A stretch of 61,447 nt of DNA, filler included, from 4 parts of 4 records of this genome joined end to end with filler, not necessarily neighbours in it, one strand, 5' to 3'; numbered from the whole stretch's first letter, positions 29,303 through 38,028 are shown. Notes: generated by a model not told the origin, from the letters alone. Numbers and translations are program-made.

Positions 29303-29335
29303 ATGTTAAACTGTCAAAAATTGTAAAGTAACAAA
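29301..29335 (+). repeat. Copy B of the 35-bp conserved upstream motif
   Basis: AAATGTTAAACTGTCAAAAATTGTAAAGTAACAAA, followed by a G-U-rich hairpin at 29340-29357. Confidence 0.9.
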
Positions 29336-29422
29336 CAGGAGGGTTGAACACGGCCTTATTCACTCATGCGAGTGGTTCTCATCGATGCAAGATGAAGTTG
29401 TTAAATCGTGAGGGCGGGCACA

Positions 29423-30415
29423 ATGAAACAATTTCAAATCAGCACATGGATTTACTCCCTGCTGCTTGCCTTGCTTTTGGCCGCCCAACGCGCTGATGCC
29501 GCGGATACCGTGAGGATCGCGGTTCCGCCTTCGCCCATGTCGCTGCCGTTTTATGTGGCCATTGAGCGAAAATTCTTCGAAAAATACCAGATCAAACCCG
29601 TTTTGGTGGAGTGCAGCAGTGGGCAGGAATGTGTCAGGGCCCTGGGAAAAGGACAGGCTGATCTGGCGAGTTCATCCGAGCTGCCCGTGATGTTTGCGGC
29701 ATTCGACAATCATCCAATTTCGGTATTGGCCACCTTGGTGACCAACAAAGACGATTTGAAATTTCTGGTCTCGCGTCATTCGATTGAGCAGGGCCAGTTA
29801 AACCTGCATGGCAAACGAATTGCCTATGTGCCCAAGTCGGCCTCGCATTACTACATGGATACCTTTTTGATGTTCAAGGGTGTAGACACCCGGGATGTGG
29901 TCAAAGTGCCGATGGATGCCGCCGTGCTTACCAAGGCTTTGCTGCAAGGTCATGTGGATGCGATCGCCATTTGGGAGCCCTTGGCTGAGCAAGCCCTGCA
30001 ACTGGGCGGCGGAGAAATTGTGCAAGTGGGGGCACCACGCCTGTACACACAAACCCACAATGTCAGTGTGCGCAACCAATTCAAAACCAAAAACTCGGCA
30101 CAAGTGCGTGGCGCGCTGAAAGCCTTGGATGAGGCGATTGACTACATTCGTGATTATCCATCCCGGGCCCAGGCGCTGTTACTTAGAAAAAATCTGGCGA
30201 GTCAGGAACACATCCGCAAAAACTGGAATCACTACACGTTCCGAATGACCTTGCAACAGTCGCTTGTTACATCATTGCAAGGCCAAGCCCGGTGGGCCAA
30301 ACGCGAGGGCCATGTCGGCAACAGTTTGGTCAAAGAGCCCGAGTATTTGAACTATATTGATGCGAGCTTTCTGAGAGAACACAGATCAGACCATGTTGAT
30401 TTTGTGTATCGCTAA
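29423..30415 (+). CDS. Periplasmic substrate-binding protein, SsuA/NMT1/TauA-like (paralog 2)
   Basis: Colinear with paralog 1: SSELP, TNKDD, SHYYMD, WEP, TLQQSL, QGQARWA.REGHVG, VDFVY. Confidence 0.88.
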   Translation: MKQFQISTWIYSLLLALLLAAQRADAADTVRIAVPPSPMSLPFYVAIERKFFEKYQIKPVLVECSSGQECVRALGKGQADLASSSELPVMFAAFDNHPISVLATLVTNKDDLKFLVSRHSIEQGQLNLHGKRIAYVPKSASHYYMDTFLMFKGVDTRDVVKVPMDAAVLTKALLQGHVDAIAIWEPLAEQALQLGGGEIVQVGAPRLYTQTHNVSVRNQFKTKNSAQVRGALKALDEAIDYIRDYPSRAQALLLRKNLASQEHIRKNWNHYTFRMTLQQSLVTSLQGQARWAKREGHVGNSLVKEPEYLNYIDASFLREHRSDHVDFVYR

Positions 30416-30442
30416 AACGATTCTTTTCCATGTGATGGGCCA

Positions 30443-30958
30443 ATGAACAACGTGATCGAATACCTGCCTCACGGCTTTTGTATTGCCTGGAATCCACAGT
30501 TGCTGGCCATGCATGTTATTTCGGACCTTCTGATTGCGATCGCCTACTTCTCGATACCCATTGGTATTTTGTATGTGGCCAAACGGCGGCCCGACACCGA
30601 ATTGCAACCAATCTATTACTTGTTCGCTGCATTCATTCTGGCTTGTGGTGTAACTCATGTCATGGGCATTCTTACCCTGTGGGTGCCACTGTATTACACC
30701 CAAGGCATCACAAAAGTGGTGACTGCGGTGGTTTCTGTGGCCACTGCAATTTACCTGTTGCCCAAGTTGAAGCACATCATGGCCTTGCCTGACCTGAGCA
30801 AACTCACCCAGATCAATACCGCACTGGCCGAGGAAATTGTATCCAGACGCCAAAGCGAAGCTTCACTGCGGCATACCCAAGAGCTTGCTTTGCAGGCGCA
30901 AAAAACCCAGGCTGCTTTTCTCGCGAACATGAGCCATGAAATTCGCACCCCCATGAAC
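30443..30958 (+). CDS. Histidine kinase with ETR1-type ethylene-binding domain (3'-truncated at contig end)
   Basis: PHGFCIAW, SDLLIAIAYFSIP, FAAFILACGVTH, KVVTAVVSVATA, then a coiled coil and FLANMSHEIRTPMN. Confidence 0.9.
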
Positions 30959-31058
30959 NNNNNNNNNNNNNNNNNNNNNNNNNNNNNNNNNNNNNNNNNN
31001 NNTTAATTAATTAANNNNNNNNNNNNNNNNNNNNNNNNNNNNNNNNNNNNNNNNNNNN
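30959..31058. other. Artificial contig linker
   Basis: N-run, TTAATTAATTAA (stops in all six frames), N-run. Genes are cut on both sides. Confidence 0.99.
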
Positions 31059-31059
31059 C

Positions 31060-31953
31060 CGGCGCTGGTGGCTCAAGGAGGGCGACAGCGCCCGCCCCAG
31101 CTATCTGGAAAGCAAACGCGCTCTCAAAGAACACATGCCCGAGATTGTCCCGCTTTATGACAATCTGTGTGATCTGGCAGGCGGCGGCGATCAGGCGGCG
31201 CGCTTCCTCAGCTTTTATTGCCCGCCCCCCTATCTGTCAGGCTGTTCCCAAGCGATCTGGACAGGTGAAGAGCCGGTTCTGGTGCGCAACTACGACTACA
31301 ACCCCAATGCCTTTGACAGCCTGATCCTGCACACCGGATGGCAGGGTCGCCGCGTCATGGGCACCTCCGACGGGCTTTGGGGGATGGTGGATGGTATGAA
31401 CGATGCCGGGCTTGCGATCTCGCTGACCTTTGGCGGGCGGCGGGTGGTTGGCACCGGCTTTGGTGTCCCGCTGATCCTGCGCTATGTGCTGCAAACCTGT
31501 GCAACCGCCGAAGAGGCAGGCGCGGTTCTGGCCCGCGTGCCCACGCATATGAGCTACAATGTCACCGTTCTGGATGCCAAACGTCACTACCTGACCGCGA
31601 TGATGGCCCCGGACCGCCCGACTGTGATCACCCACGCCGCCGTGGCGACGAACCATCAGGAAAGCGTCGAATGGGTCAGCCATGCACGGTTCACCGCAAC
31701 GGTCGAACGCGAAAGGTTCCTGTTGCAGCGTCTGACCCTGCACCGCGATCCCGAAGACAAATTTATCAATGCCTTCCTGCGGCCGCCGCTGTATTCGACG
31801 GCTTTTGATGCTGGCTTTGGCACGCTTTATACTGCGGTCTACCGCCCACGGTTGCAGCAGATGGAGGTCCGCTGGCCCGGCACGGTCTGGCCAATGCACA
31901 TGGACGCCTTTCAAGAGGGCGGACGCCGGGTCCAGATCCCCGGCGCGGCCTGA
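31060..31953 (+). CDS. Peptidase C45 family autoproteolytic acyltransferase/hydrolase (5'-truncated)
   Basis: Frame open from the contig start. GCSQ nucleophile, LVRNYDY, DGMNDAGL, TNHQ. Confidence 0.9.
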   Translation, partial: RRWWLKEGDSARPSYLESKRALKEHMPEIVPLYDNLCDLAGGGDQAARFLSFYCPPPYLSGCSQAIWTGEEPVLVRNYDYNPNAFDSLILHTGWQGRRVMGTSDGLWGMVDGMNDAGLAISLTFGGRRVVGTGFGVPLILRYVLQTCATAEEAGAVLARVPTHMSYNVTVLDAKRHYLTAMMAPDRPTVITHAAVATNHQESVEWVSHARFTATVERERFLLQRLTLHRDPEDKFINAFLRPPLYSTAFDAGFGTLYTAVYRPRLQQMEVRWPGTVWPMHMDAFQEGGRRVQIPGAA

Positions 31954-31955
31954 TC

Positions 31956-34900
31956 TTATGGCCTGCTACCGGTCTCGCCCAGAACAGCATCAAGACGGTT
32001 CAACAGCATCTCAATGCCTTCTGCATCCACACTCAGCGGTGGGCGGATTTTCAGGATATTGTCATCCGGCCCCTCGCGGCCCATCAAAATCCGTTCCTCT
32101 CGCATCCGGTTTAGGACATAACTGCATTGCGCGGTCGCGGGTGCTTTTGTGGCGCGATCCGTCACAAGTTCAACCCCGACAAACAAACCCATGCCGCGTA
32201 CATCACCAATGATATCATGCGCTTCCGACATTTTCTTGAGACCTGACATTAACATCGTACCCATCTTTGCAGCGTTCTGCATCAACCCTTCATCATCAAC
32301 AATGTCCAACACGGTTTTGCCCACGCGGCACGACAGCGTTGAGCCGCCGAAGGTCGAGAAAAACTCCGGCCCTTTGGCAAAGGCAGCAGCGATTTCAGGC
32401 GTGGTGATCAACACGCCCAAAGGATGACCGTTGCCGATGGGCTTGCCCAACACAACGATATCCGGCACCACGCCCTGCGCTTCAAACGCGAAATAGTGTG
32501 CGCCAAGCCGTCCCAATCCGGTCTGCACCTCGTCCGCGATACAAATCCCGCCCGCCGCGCGGATACGCCTATAAACGCCCTCAAGATAGCCATCGGGCGG
32601 AATGATCTGGCCGCCAACCGAAGGGAAGGTCTCCGCGATGAAGCCTGCGGGCCTGTGTCCACGTTCCGCCAATGCGGCAATCGCCTGATCCACCTGCGCG
32701 GCATATTTGCTGCCCCGCTCCGGGTCATCGCGGCCAAAGTCACCGCGATAGTCATCTGGAATATCAACCAGTTCCACCCAATCAGGCTGCCCCACGCCGC
32801 CCCTGGCATTGAACTTGTAGGCCGAAATGTCGATCGCACCGGTGGTGTTGCCATGATAGCCGTGATTGGGCGTGATCATCCCCTTTGCCCCGCTGGCCGC
32901 GCGGGCCAACCGCAGCGCCAGTTCGTTGGCCTCGGTGCCGGAATTGAGGAAAAAACAGACCGACAGCTCCGGCGGCAGTTTCGACATCAACTTGTCCGCA
33001 AAGGCGGTCTGCGCCGGATGCAGATAGCGGGTGTTGGAGTTCATCCGCAGCAGTTGGTCGGCCACCACTGCCTGAATACGCGGATGGGCGTGGCCGACAT
33101 GGGGCACGTTGTTGTAGGCATCCAGAAAAGGCCGGCCCCATTCATCAAACAGATGATGTTTCCAGCCACGCATCAACATCACCGGATCGCGATAGCTCAG
33201 CTTGAGATTGCCGCCAAAATGCGCTTGACGCTTTTCGAGAATATCATTTTTATCAGTGGCTTGATGGGCGACATAGGCATCATTAAGGTTCAACAGCGCC
33301 GCCGGATTGGGACAAATCGCGCCCCAAAGATCCAGCTCATCAGGATCGGCCACACCGGGCCAGTCCGTGCCCATACCCGCCAAAGACAGTGCCAGTTGGA
33401 AATGCAGATGTGGGGCCCAACCGCCGTTGCAATCTGCCGCGCCCAGGCGGCAAAACACCTCGCCTTGTGCGATGCTCTGGCCCAGTTCCAGACCTGCAAT
33501 GCTCGCCGGATCAAGATGACCATAAAGGCTGTGAAAGGCGTCACCCTGCGGGGTTTCATGGCGCAGGATCACCATACCGCCATAGTCCAGCCGTCCGCGC
33601 CGGTCCTCGACAAAGGCCACCGTGGCGGCCAAAGGCGCGGCCAGCGTCTGGCCCGCGGGTGCAAATACATCCACGCCAAGGTGTACCGTGCGCCGGTTCG
33701 AGGCCTTCCATTTTCCCTTGCGGAACGCAGGCGCGGTATAGACCAGACGCGGCTCGCTGTAATGGCCCATCCAGATATCGTCCGGCCCGAAACGATCTGA
33801 GCCCAACGTCGCGGCCTCCTGATCGGTGATGTCGAACGGGTTGCGCGGACAGGTCGCAGCCTCAACCGAAAGGGCCTCCATCGGGGCCGCTGCCAGAGAT
33901 TGGCCGATGATCGGGGCAAAATCACCGCGCGATTGATCCAGCCAAAGCGCCACACGCGCAGCCGCATCGTTGATCGGCAAGCCGCAAGCACTGCGCAGGC
34001 GCATCCTCAGCATCTCGGTGTTCAGCTCCGGCCCCTCCAGAAACCTCCATGCGGGTGCTTGCGATATTGTAATGTAGGGATCGGCCGGATTTTCCTGCGC
34101 CATGAGCGTGGAATTCACAATGCTCTTGGCCAGCCGCATCCGCAGAAGTGGCAGGAGCATATCAATCTCATCCCCCGTGAGCGGATGCACCTCGTGATAC
34201 CCTTTGACCAAGGCTGTCAGCGCAAGATCCGGCTCGGCGTGATCCAAGACCACGTATGCAGCCGTGATTGCCAGATCGCAGATGCGCGGCGCACGGCACA
34301 TGTCGCCCAGATCTATCACGCCAGAAATATGCGGACTGCCCATGCGGTGATCGACCAAGGCATTGTAATCATTCAGATCATTGTGGATGGCCTGCCGCGG
34401 CATCGCGGCAAGCCGGTCTTGCAACGTATCGAAGTCTTCGCAGATCCCGGCCAGGATCGCATGGCGGTCTTGGTCGGTAACGCAGGTCAACGCGCCCTTG
34501 ATCCAGCCCGCTTGCATCAGGTTCCACTTGAAATCACGCGTCAAGGCAGGGTGATCAAAATCAACCAGCGCGGCGGTCAGCCTGCCGTTCTGCGCCCCCA
34601 GATCGGAAACCAGAGCCATGCTATGCGGGCTAAATCTGGCATAGCAGATACCCGGCAAGGCAGATTGCAGCCAGATCAGCCGCGCCTGCCCTGCACTATC
34701 TTTGGCCGTGATCATCGCGCTGCCATCATTGGCCGGAATGACCCGCGGCATCGGAACCTCAGGCGCTTGCGCCGCAACATGATCCAGCGCCTTGATCTGC
34801 ATTTCGATCAGACCGGCATCGCACCCTGCCCGCATCACCTTAAGAATGCTGGTCTTTCCGTCGCTCTGCATGACGCGAAAGTTCAGATCGTATTCGCCAT

Positions 34901-34967
34901 CCAGCGGGTCAAGCTGTGCCGTGATGCCCCAATGGGTTTTGAGTATCTGTGTCCAAGTGTCCGACAT
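31956..34967 (-). CDS. Fusion of aminoglycoside/hydroxylysine-kinase-like phosphotransferase, M23 peptidase-like domain and class III PLP aminotransferase/phospho-lyase
   Basis: GEYDLNF, HNDLNDYN, IDLGD (APH); HLGVD, YGHL, WAPHLHF (M23); DAYNNVPHVGH, DEVQTGLGR, LGKPIGNG (class III). Confidence 0.92.
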   Translation of the reverse strand: MSDTWTQILKTHWGITAQLDPLDGEYDLNFRVMQSDGKTSILKVMRAGCDAGLIEMQIKALDHVAAQAPEVPMPRVIPANDGSAMITAKDSAGQARLIWLQSALPGICYARFSPHSMALVSDLGAQNGRLTAALVDFDHPALTRDFKWNLMQAGWIKGALTCVTDQDRHAILAGICEDFDTLQDRLAAMPRQAIHNDLNDYNALVDHRMGSPHISGVIDLGDMCRAPRICDLAITAAYVVLDHAEPDLALTALVKGYHEVHPLTGDEIDMLLPLLRMRLAKSIVNSTLMAQENPADPYITISQAPAWRFLEGPELNTEMLRMRLRSACGLPINDAAARVALWLDQSRGDFAPIIGQSLAAAPMEALSVEAATCPRNPFDITDQEAATLGSDRFGPDDIWMGHYSEPRLVYTAPAFRKGKWKASNRRTVHLGVDVFAPAGQTLAAPLAATVAFVEDRRGRLDYGGMVILRHETPQGDAFHSLYGHLDPASIAGLELGQSIAQGEVFCRLGAADCNGGWAPHLHFQLALSLAGMGTDWPGVADPDELDLWGAICPNPAALLNLNDAYVAHQATDKNDILEKRQAHFGGNLKLSYRDPVMLMRGWKHHLFDEWGRPFLDAYNNVPHVGHAHPRIQAVVADQLLRMNSNTRYLHPAQTAFADKLMSKLPPELSVCFFLNSGTEANELALRLARAASGAKGMITPNHGYHGNTTGAIDISAYKFNARGGVGQPDWVELVDIPDDYRGDFGRDDPERGSKYAAQVDQAIAALAERGHRPAGFIAETFPSVGGQIIPPDGYLEGVYRRIRAAGGICIADEVQTGLGRLGAHYFAFEAQGVVPDIVVLGKPIGNGHPLGVLITTPEIAAAFAKGPEFFSTFGGSTLSCRVGKTVLDIVDDEGLMQNAAKMGTMLMSGLKKMSEAHDIIGDVRGMGLFVGVELVTDRATKAPATAQCSYVLNRMREERILMGREGPDDNILKIRPPLSVDAEGIEMLLNRLDAVLGETGSRP

Positions 34968-35055
34968 GTCGCTGCCCCTGATTTGCTGTTGCGCTATCAA
35001 TGCGTGGCAAGATCGGGGGCTTCAAGAGGGATTGTCAGAATTGGCTGATCCGCGA

Positions 35056-35364
35056 TCAATCCTCGCGGCAGTAGACATCATAGAGGGTGCCCATCAGCGC
35101 CTGCATTTTGGGGTCTGCAATCCGGTAAAAGATCGTCTGCCCCTGCCTGCGTGTATCCACCACACCGCCCGCCCGCAACTTGGCCAAATGCTGGCTCAGC
35201 GCCGATTGTCCAAGGTCGAGCGTTTCATGCAGGGCACCAACGCTGCATTCCCCTTCGGCCAGTTTGCACAGGATCAACAACCGACGCGGGTTGGCCAAGA
35301 GAGAAAGCTGTCCCGCGACATGATCGGCTTTTTCTTCTAGCCCGGAGGAAAGTGTTTCAGACAT
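35056..35364 (-). CDS. ArsR/SmtB regulator of the BigR/SqrR (sulfane sulfur-sensing) type
   Basis: LANPRRLLILCKL, QSALSQHLAKLR and C-terminal YDVYC provide the two Cys typical of BigR/SqrR. Confidence 0.88.
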   Translation of the reverse strand: MSETLSSGLEEKADHVAGQLSLLANPRRLLILCKLAEGECSVGALHETLDLGQSALSQHLAKLRAGGVVDTRRQGQTIFYRIADPKMQALMGTLYDVYCRED

Positions 35365-35374
35365 ATTTTGTACT

Positions 35375-35403
35375 TTAGATATTGCTAATTTAGTAATTAC
35401 TTA
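35375..35403. promoter_or_regulatory. Tandem palindromic operator between the ArsR and YeeE genes
   Basis: TTAG-ATATTG-CTAA (35375-35388) and TTAG-TAATTA-CTTA (35390-35403) in an AT-rich patch. Confidence 0.6.
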
Positions 35404-35461
35404 TTTATATCACATCAGTCGGGCGCTGCAAGAGCGCCACAACACAACGGAGTTTGCGCTT

Positions 35462-35914
35462 ATGGAATTGTCCACTGCAACAGAATTTACGCCGCTGCTG
35501 TCCCTTGTGGGCGGCATCCTGATCGGGATCAGCGCCTTGATGGTGATGGGGCTTTTTGGACGGATCGCAGGAATATCCGGCATCACCAGCGGCATGATGG
35601 CTGCGTTTCTGCCGATGCGCGGGGCGCCTACAGATCTGGCTTGGCGGCTGGCCTTTGTGATCGGTCTAATCGCCGCGCCGCTGCTTTATAGCGTTTTTGC
35701 CGGGCAAATGCCCGCGCAGACCGTGCCAACATCCCTGATCGGCATGGCCATTGCCGGGATAGTGGTTGGCGTCGGCACCAGCCTTGGATCGGGCTGCACT
35801 TCCGGGCATGGAGTTTGCGGCTTGGCGCGGCTCTCTCCTCGGTCGTTGATTGCCGTCTGCACGTTCATGGCAACGGCGGGCGTCACGGTTTTTGTCCTGC
35901 GGCACATGGTTTAA
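35462..35914 (+). CDS. YeeE/YedE family sulfur transporter subunit
   Basis: GGILIG, GRIAGISGI, GSGCTSGHGVCGLARLSPRS. Confidence 0.94.
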   Translation: MELSTATEFTPLLSLVGGILIGISALMVMGLFGRIAGISGITSGMMAAFLPMRGAPTDLAWRLAFVIGLIAAPLLYSVFAGQMPAQTVPTSLIGMAIAGIVVGVGTSLGSGCTSGHGVCGLARLSPRSLIAVCTFMATAGVTVFVLRHMV

Positions 35915-35925
35915 GGAGCAAACAG

Positions 35926-36366
35926 ATGCATATTCTTTTGGGTCTGCTTTCCGGTCTGGTTTTTGGCATCGGCCTCGTCATCTCTGGCATGTCAAATCCT
36001 GCTAAAGTGTTGAATTTTCTCGATGTCGCAGGCACTTGGGATCCAAGCCTTGCCTTTGTGATGGGCGGTGCCTCGGTGACGACATTCATCGGCTATCGTT
36101 TGATCCTCAACCGTCCGGCGCCTGCGCTGGCGGACGTGTTTCAGTTGCCCACAGCGGCGCAAATTGACCGGCCGCTGCTGGTTGGTTCTGCGCTCTTTGG
36201 CATTGGTTGGGGCATTGGCGGGTTTTGCCCCGGTCCGGCCTGGACCGCACTGCCAATGATGGCGCCGGGCGTTCTGGTTTTCCTGCCGATGATGCTTTTG
36301 GGTTTGTGGCTTGGCAGCCATTTGAAACGGCAGCCCAGCGGTGATGAAGCCCCCGCCGCCAGCTGA
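35926..36366 (+). CDS. YeeE/YedE family sulfur transporter subunit (partner)
   Basis: AAGGAG RBS, FGIGLVISGMSNPAKVLNFLD, WDPSL, GWGIGGFCPGP. Confidence 0.94.
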   Translation: MHILLGLLSGLVFGIGLVISGMSNPAKVLNFLDVAGTWDPSLAFVMGGASVTTFIGYRLILNRPAPALADVFQLPTAAQIDRPLLVGSALFGIGWGIGGFCPGPAWTALPMMAPGVLVFLPMMLLGLWLGSHLKRQPSGDEAPAAS

Positions 36367-36462
36367 TCCGGCACGCGATCACCTCGCAATGGCCGCACAG
36401 CTGTCTTAAGGCGGCCAGAATTGCATGGGCATCCTCCCCCTTGAAACGCAAAGGGGATGCCC

Positions 36463-36744
36463 ATGCAGAATGTTCCAACGGTGCGGCAGACCGCACAGGC
36501 CAAGATGTTCGAACTGATGCGCCAGACAGCGCTCTCAAATCGGGCCGCGGCCAAGCCACATTGCGCCCTGTCAGACAAAGATGCCGATCGCCTGAAATCG
36601 CGGGCTTTGGCGTCTTTGGGTGTTCGGCCAGTAAGACGCAGAACTGCAAGTCACGGGTTTGGCCGGTCTGTTATCAACCGTGTCGCCCAGATGCGCCTTA
36701 GAAAAACGCAGCGCCGTCCAGCTCTACAATCAAGGTACCAATAA
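36463..36744 (+). CDS. Possible small basic hypothetical protein
   Basis: AAGGGGA RBS before ATG 36463; fills the intergenic gap. The 3' end overlaps the convergent gene by 47 nt. Confidence 0.35.
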   Translation: MQNVPTVRQTAQAKMFELMRQTALSNRAAAKPHCALSDKDADRLKSRALASLGVRPVRRRTASHGFGRSVINRVAQMRLRKTQRRPALQSRYQ

Positions 36745-37180
36745 CCCGCCCATTGCTGGGATCGGTCAAGGAAAAGACGGCCTGTGCGCGTTCAGCTTCG
36801 TCCGGGTCGCCCGAGGCATCAAATATCTCAAATTGCCATGGCGCGGCTTCGTAATGCTGGCGCAGGCAATTTCGAACCAGATCCGCTACCGCATCGCCAG
36901 ACCGCCTTTCTGCAACGGTCATACCGTCCAGATCACGCAGCGAGATCGCGCTGATGCGCCCTGCTGCGTCTTGAAGATGCCCTTGCAGAACCATATGGGC
37001 AGGATTGCCCGCCTGCACGGCAAGCGGCGCGTCCGTCAAGGCACCCACCAGCCGCGCATCATTGACCCAGGTCATCACGTCACGGTCGATAAACCGCAGC
37101 ATTGCCATCGGCCGATCCTGCGCCCAGCCCGGCGCGGCCATCATCCAAACAAGCGCCGCCATCACATAGCGTGTCATCAC
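36698..37180 (-). CDS. Secreted hypothetical protein, stand-alone PDC/Cache-like sensor domain
   Basis: GGGGA RBS, signal peptide ending GWA, WVNDARLVGAL, ISLRDLDGMTVA, C-terminal FSLTDPSNGRVIGTLIVELD. Confidence 0.6.
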   Translation of the reverse strand: MMTRYVMAALVWMMAAPGWAQDRPMAMLRFIDRDVMTWVNDARLVGALTDAPLAVQAGNPAHMVLQGHLQDAAGRISAISLRDLDGMTVAERRSGDAVADLVRNCLRQHYEAAPWQFEIFDASGDPDEAERAQAVFSLTDPSNGRVIGTLIVELDGAAFF

Positions 37181-37292
37181 ATTTCCCCAACTCCACTGCG
37201 CCACCGGGCGCAAACCACGGGTAAGCCTAGGAAGGGGACGTTAAAGCGGGGTGAATCGCCATGCAGTCTCTGTGGTATTGGTTAGCGTCAGG

Positions 37293-38027
37293 TTAACTTT
37301 TCTCGTCACCATTTCCGCGAAAACCCAAAGCGACGACAAATTTCTCAGAACTGTCTGAACGGCTGGACGGGGGTTTATGGTTGTGCACCTTGGTGAACCG
37401 CTGTTTCAACAGCTTTTGCAGATCCCCTTCGGCCCCGCCTGCCAGAACCTTGGCGACAAACGTGCCGCCCTCATCCAGCACGTCAAAGGCGAAATAAGCC
37501 GCCGCCTCGCACAGGGCGATGATGCGCAAATGGTCGGTCTGCTTGTGACCGGAAGAAGCCGCCGCCATATCCGACATCACCACATCCGCCTTGCCGCCCA
37601 GCCATTCCTTGACCTTCAGATCGGCATCATCCTCCATGAAATCAAGCTGATGCAATTCGCAGCCGGCAATCGGCTCCATCTCTTGCAAATCGACGCCCAG
37701 AATGGTGCCCACCGCCTTGCCGCCGCGCTCGCCCAGAACATTGCTGCGCTTGACCGCCACCTGACACCAGCCGCCCGGTGCCGCGCCCAGATCAACGATC
37801 CTTGCACCGGGAACAAGGAACCGGAATTTATCGTCCAGCTCCATGATCTTATAGGCCGCCCGCCCGCGATAGCCTTCGGATTGCGCGCGTTTCACATAAG
37901 GATCGTTCAACTGCCGCTGCAACCAGCGGGTCGAACTGGTGGTGCGCCCGCGTGCGGATTTAACCTTGACCTTGAGGTCACGCTGGCCCCGCCCAGAGGT
38001 GTTTTTGCCAGTAGGTGTCTTGCCCAT
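37293..38027 (-). CDS. rlmE: 23S rRNA Um2552 2'-O-methyltransferase
   Basis: [46 protein letters not shown]. Confidence 0.97.
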   Translation of the reverse strand: MGKTPTGKNTSGRGQRDLKVKVKSARGRTTSSTRWLQRQLNDPYVKRAQSEGYRGRAAYKIMELDDKFRFLVPGARIVDLGAAPGGWCQVAVKRSNVLGERGGKAVGTILGVDLQEMEPIAGCELHQLDFMEDDADLKVKEWLGGKADVVMSDMAAASSGHKQTDHLRIIALCEAAAYFAFDVLDEGGTFVAKVLAGGAEGDLQKLLKQRFTKVHNHKPPSSRSDSSEKFVVALGFRGNGDEKS

Positions 38028-38028
38028 C

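Noticed and set aside
25479-29335. The 35-bp repeat pair as a CRISPR array or transposon ends
   Set aside because: Only two direct copies 3.8 kb apart, with no spacers, cas genes, transposase or integrase.
31003-31014. TTAATTAATTAA palindrome, repeated three times in the window
   Set aside because: Sits inside N-runs and encodes stops in six frames; an artificial linker, not a biological repeat or att site.
30443-31953. Linkage of the ethylene receptor with the C45 peptidase
   Set aside because: They lie on different contigs, probably from different organisms.
32424-35048. 458-aa and 382-aa plus-strand ORFs
   Set aside because: Antisense to the fusion gene; long shadow frames are expected in GC-rich DNA.
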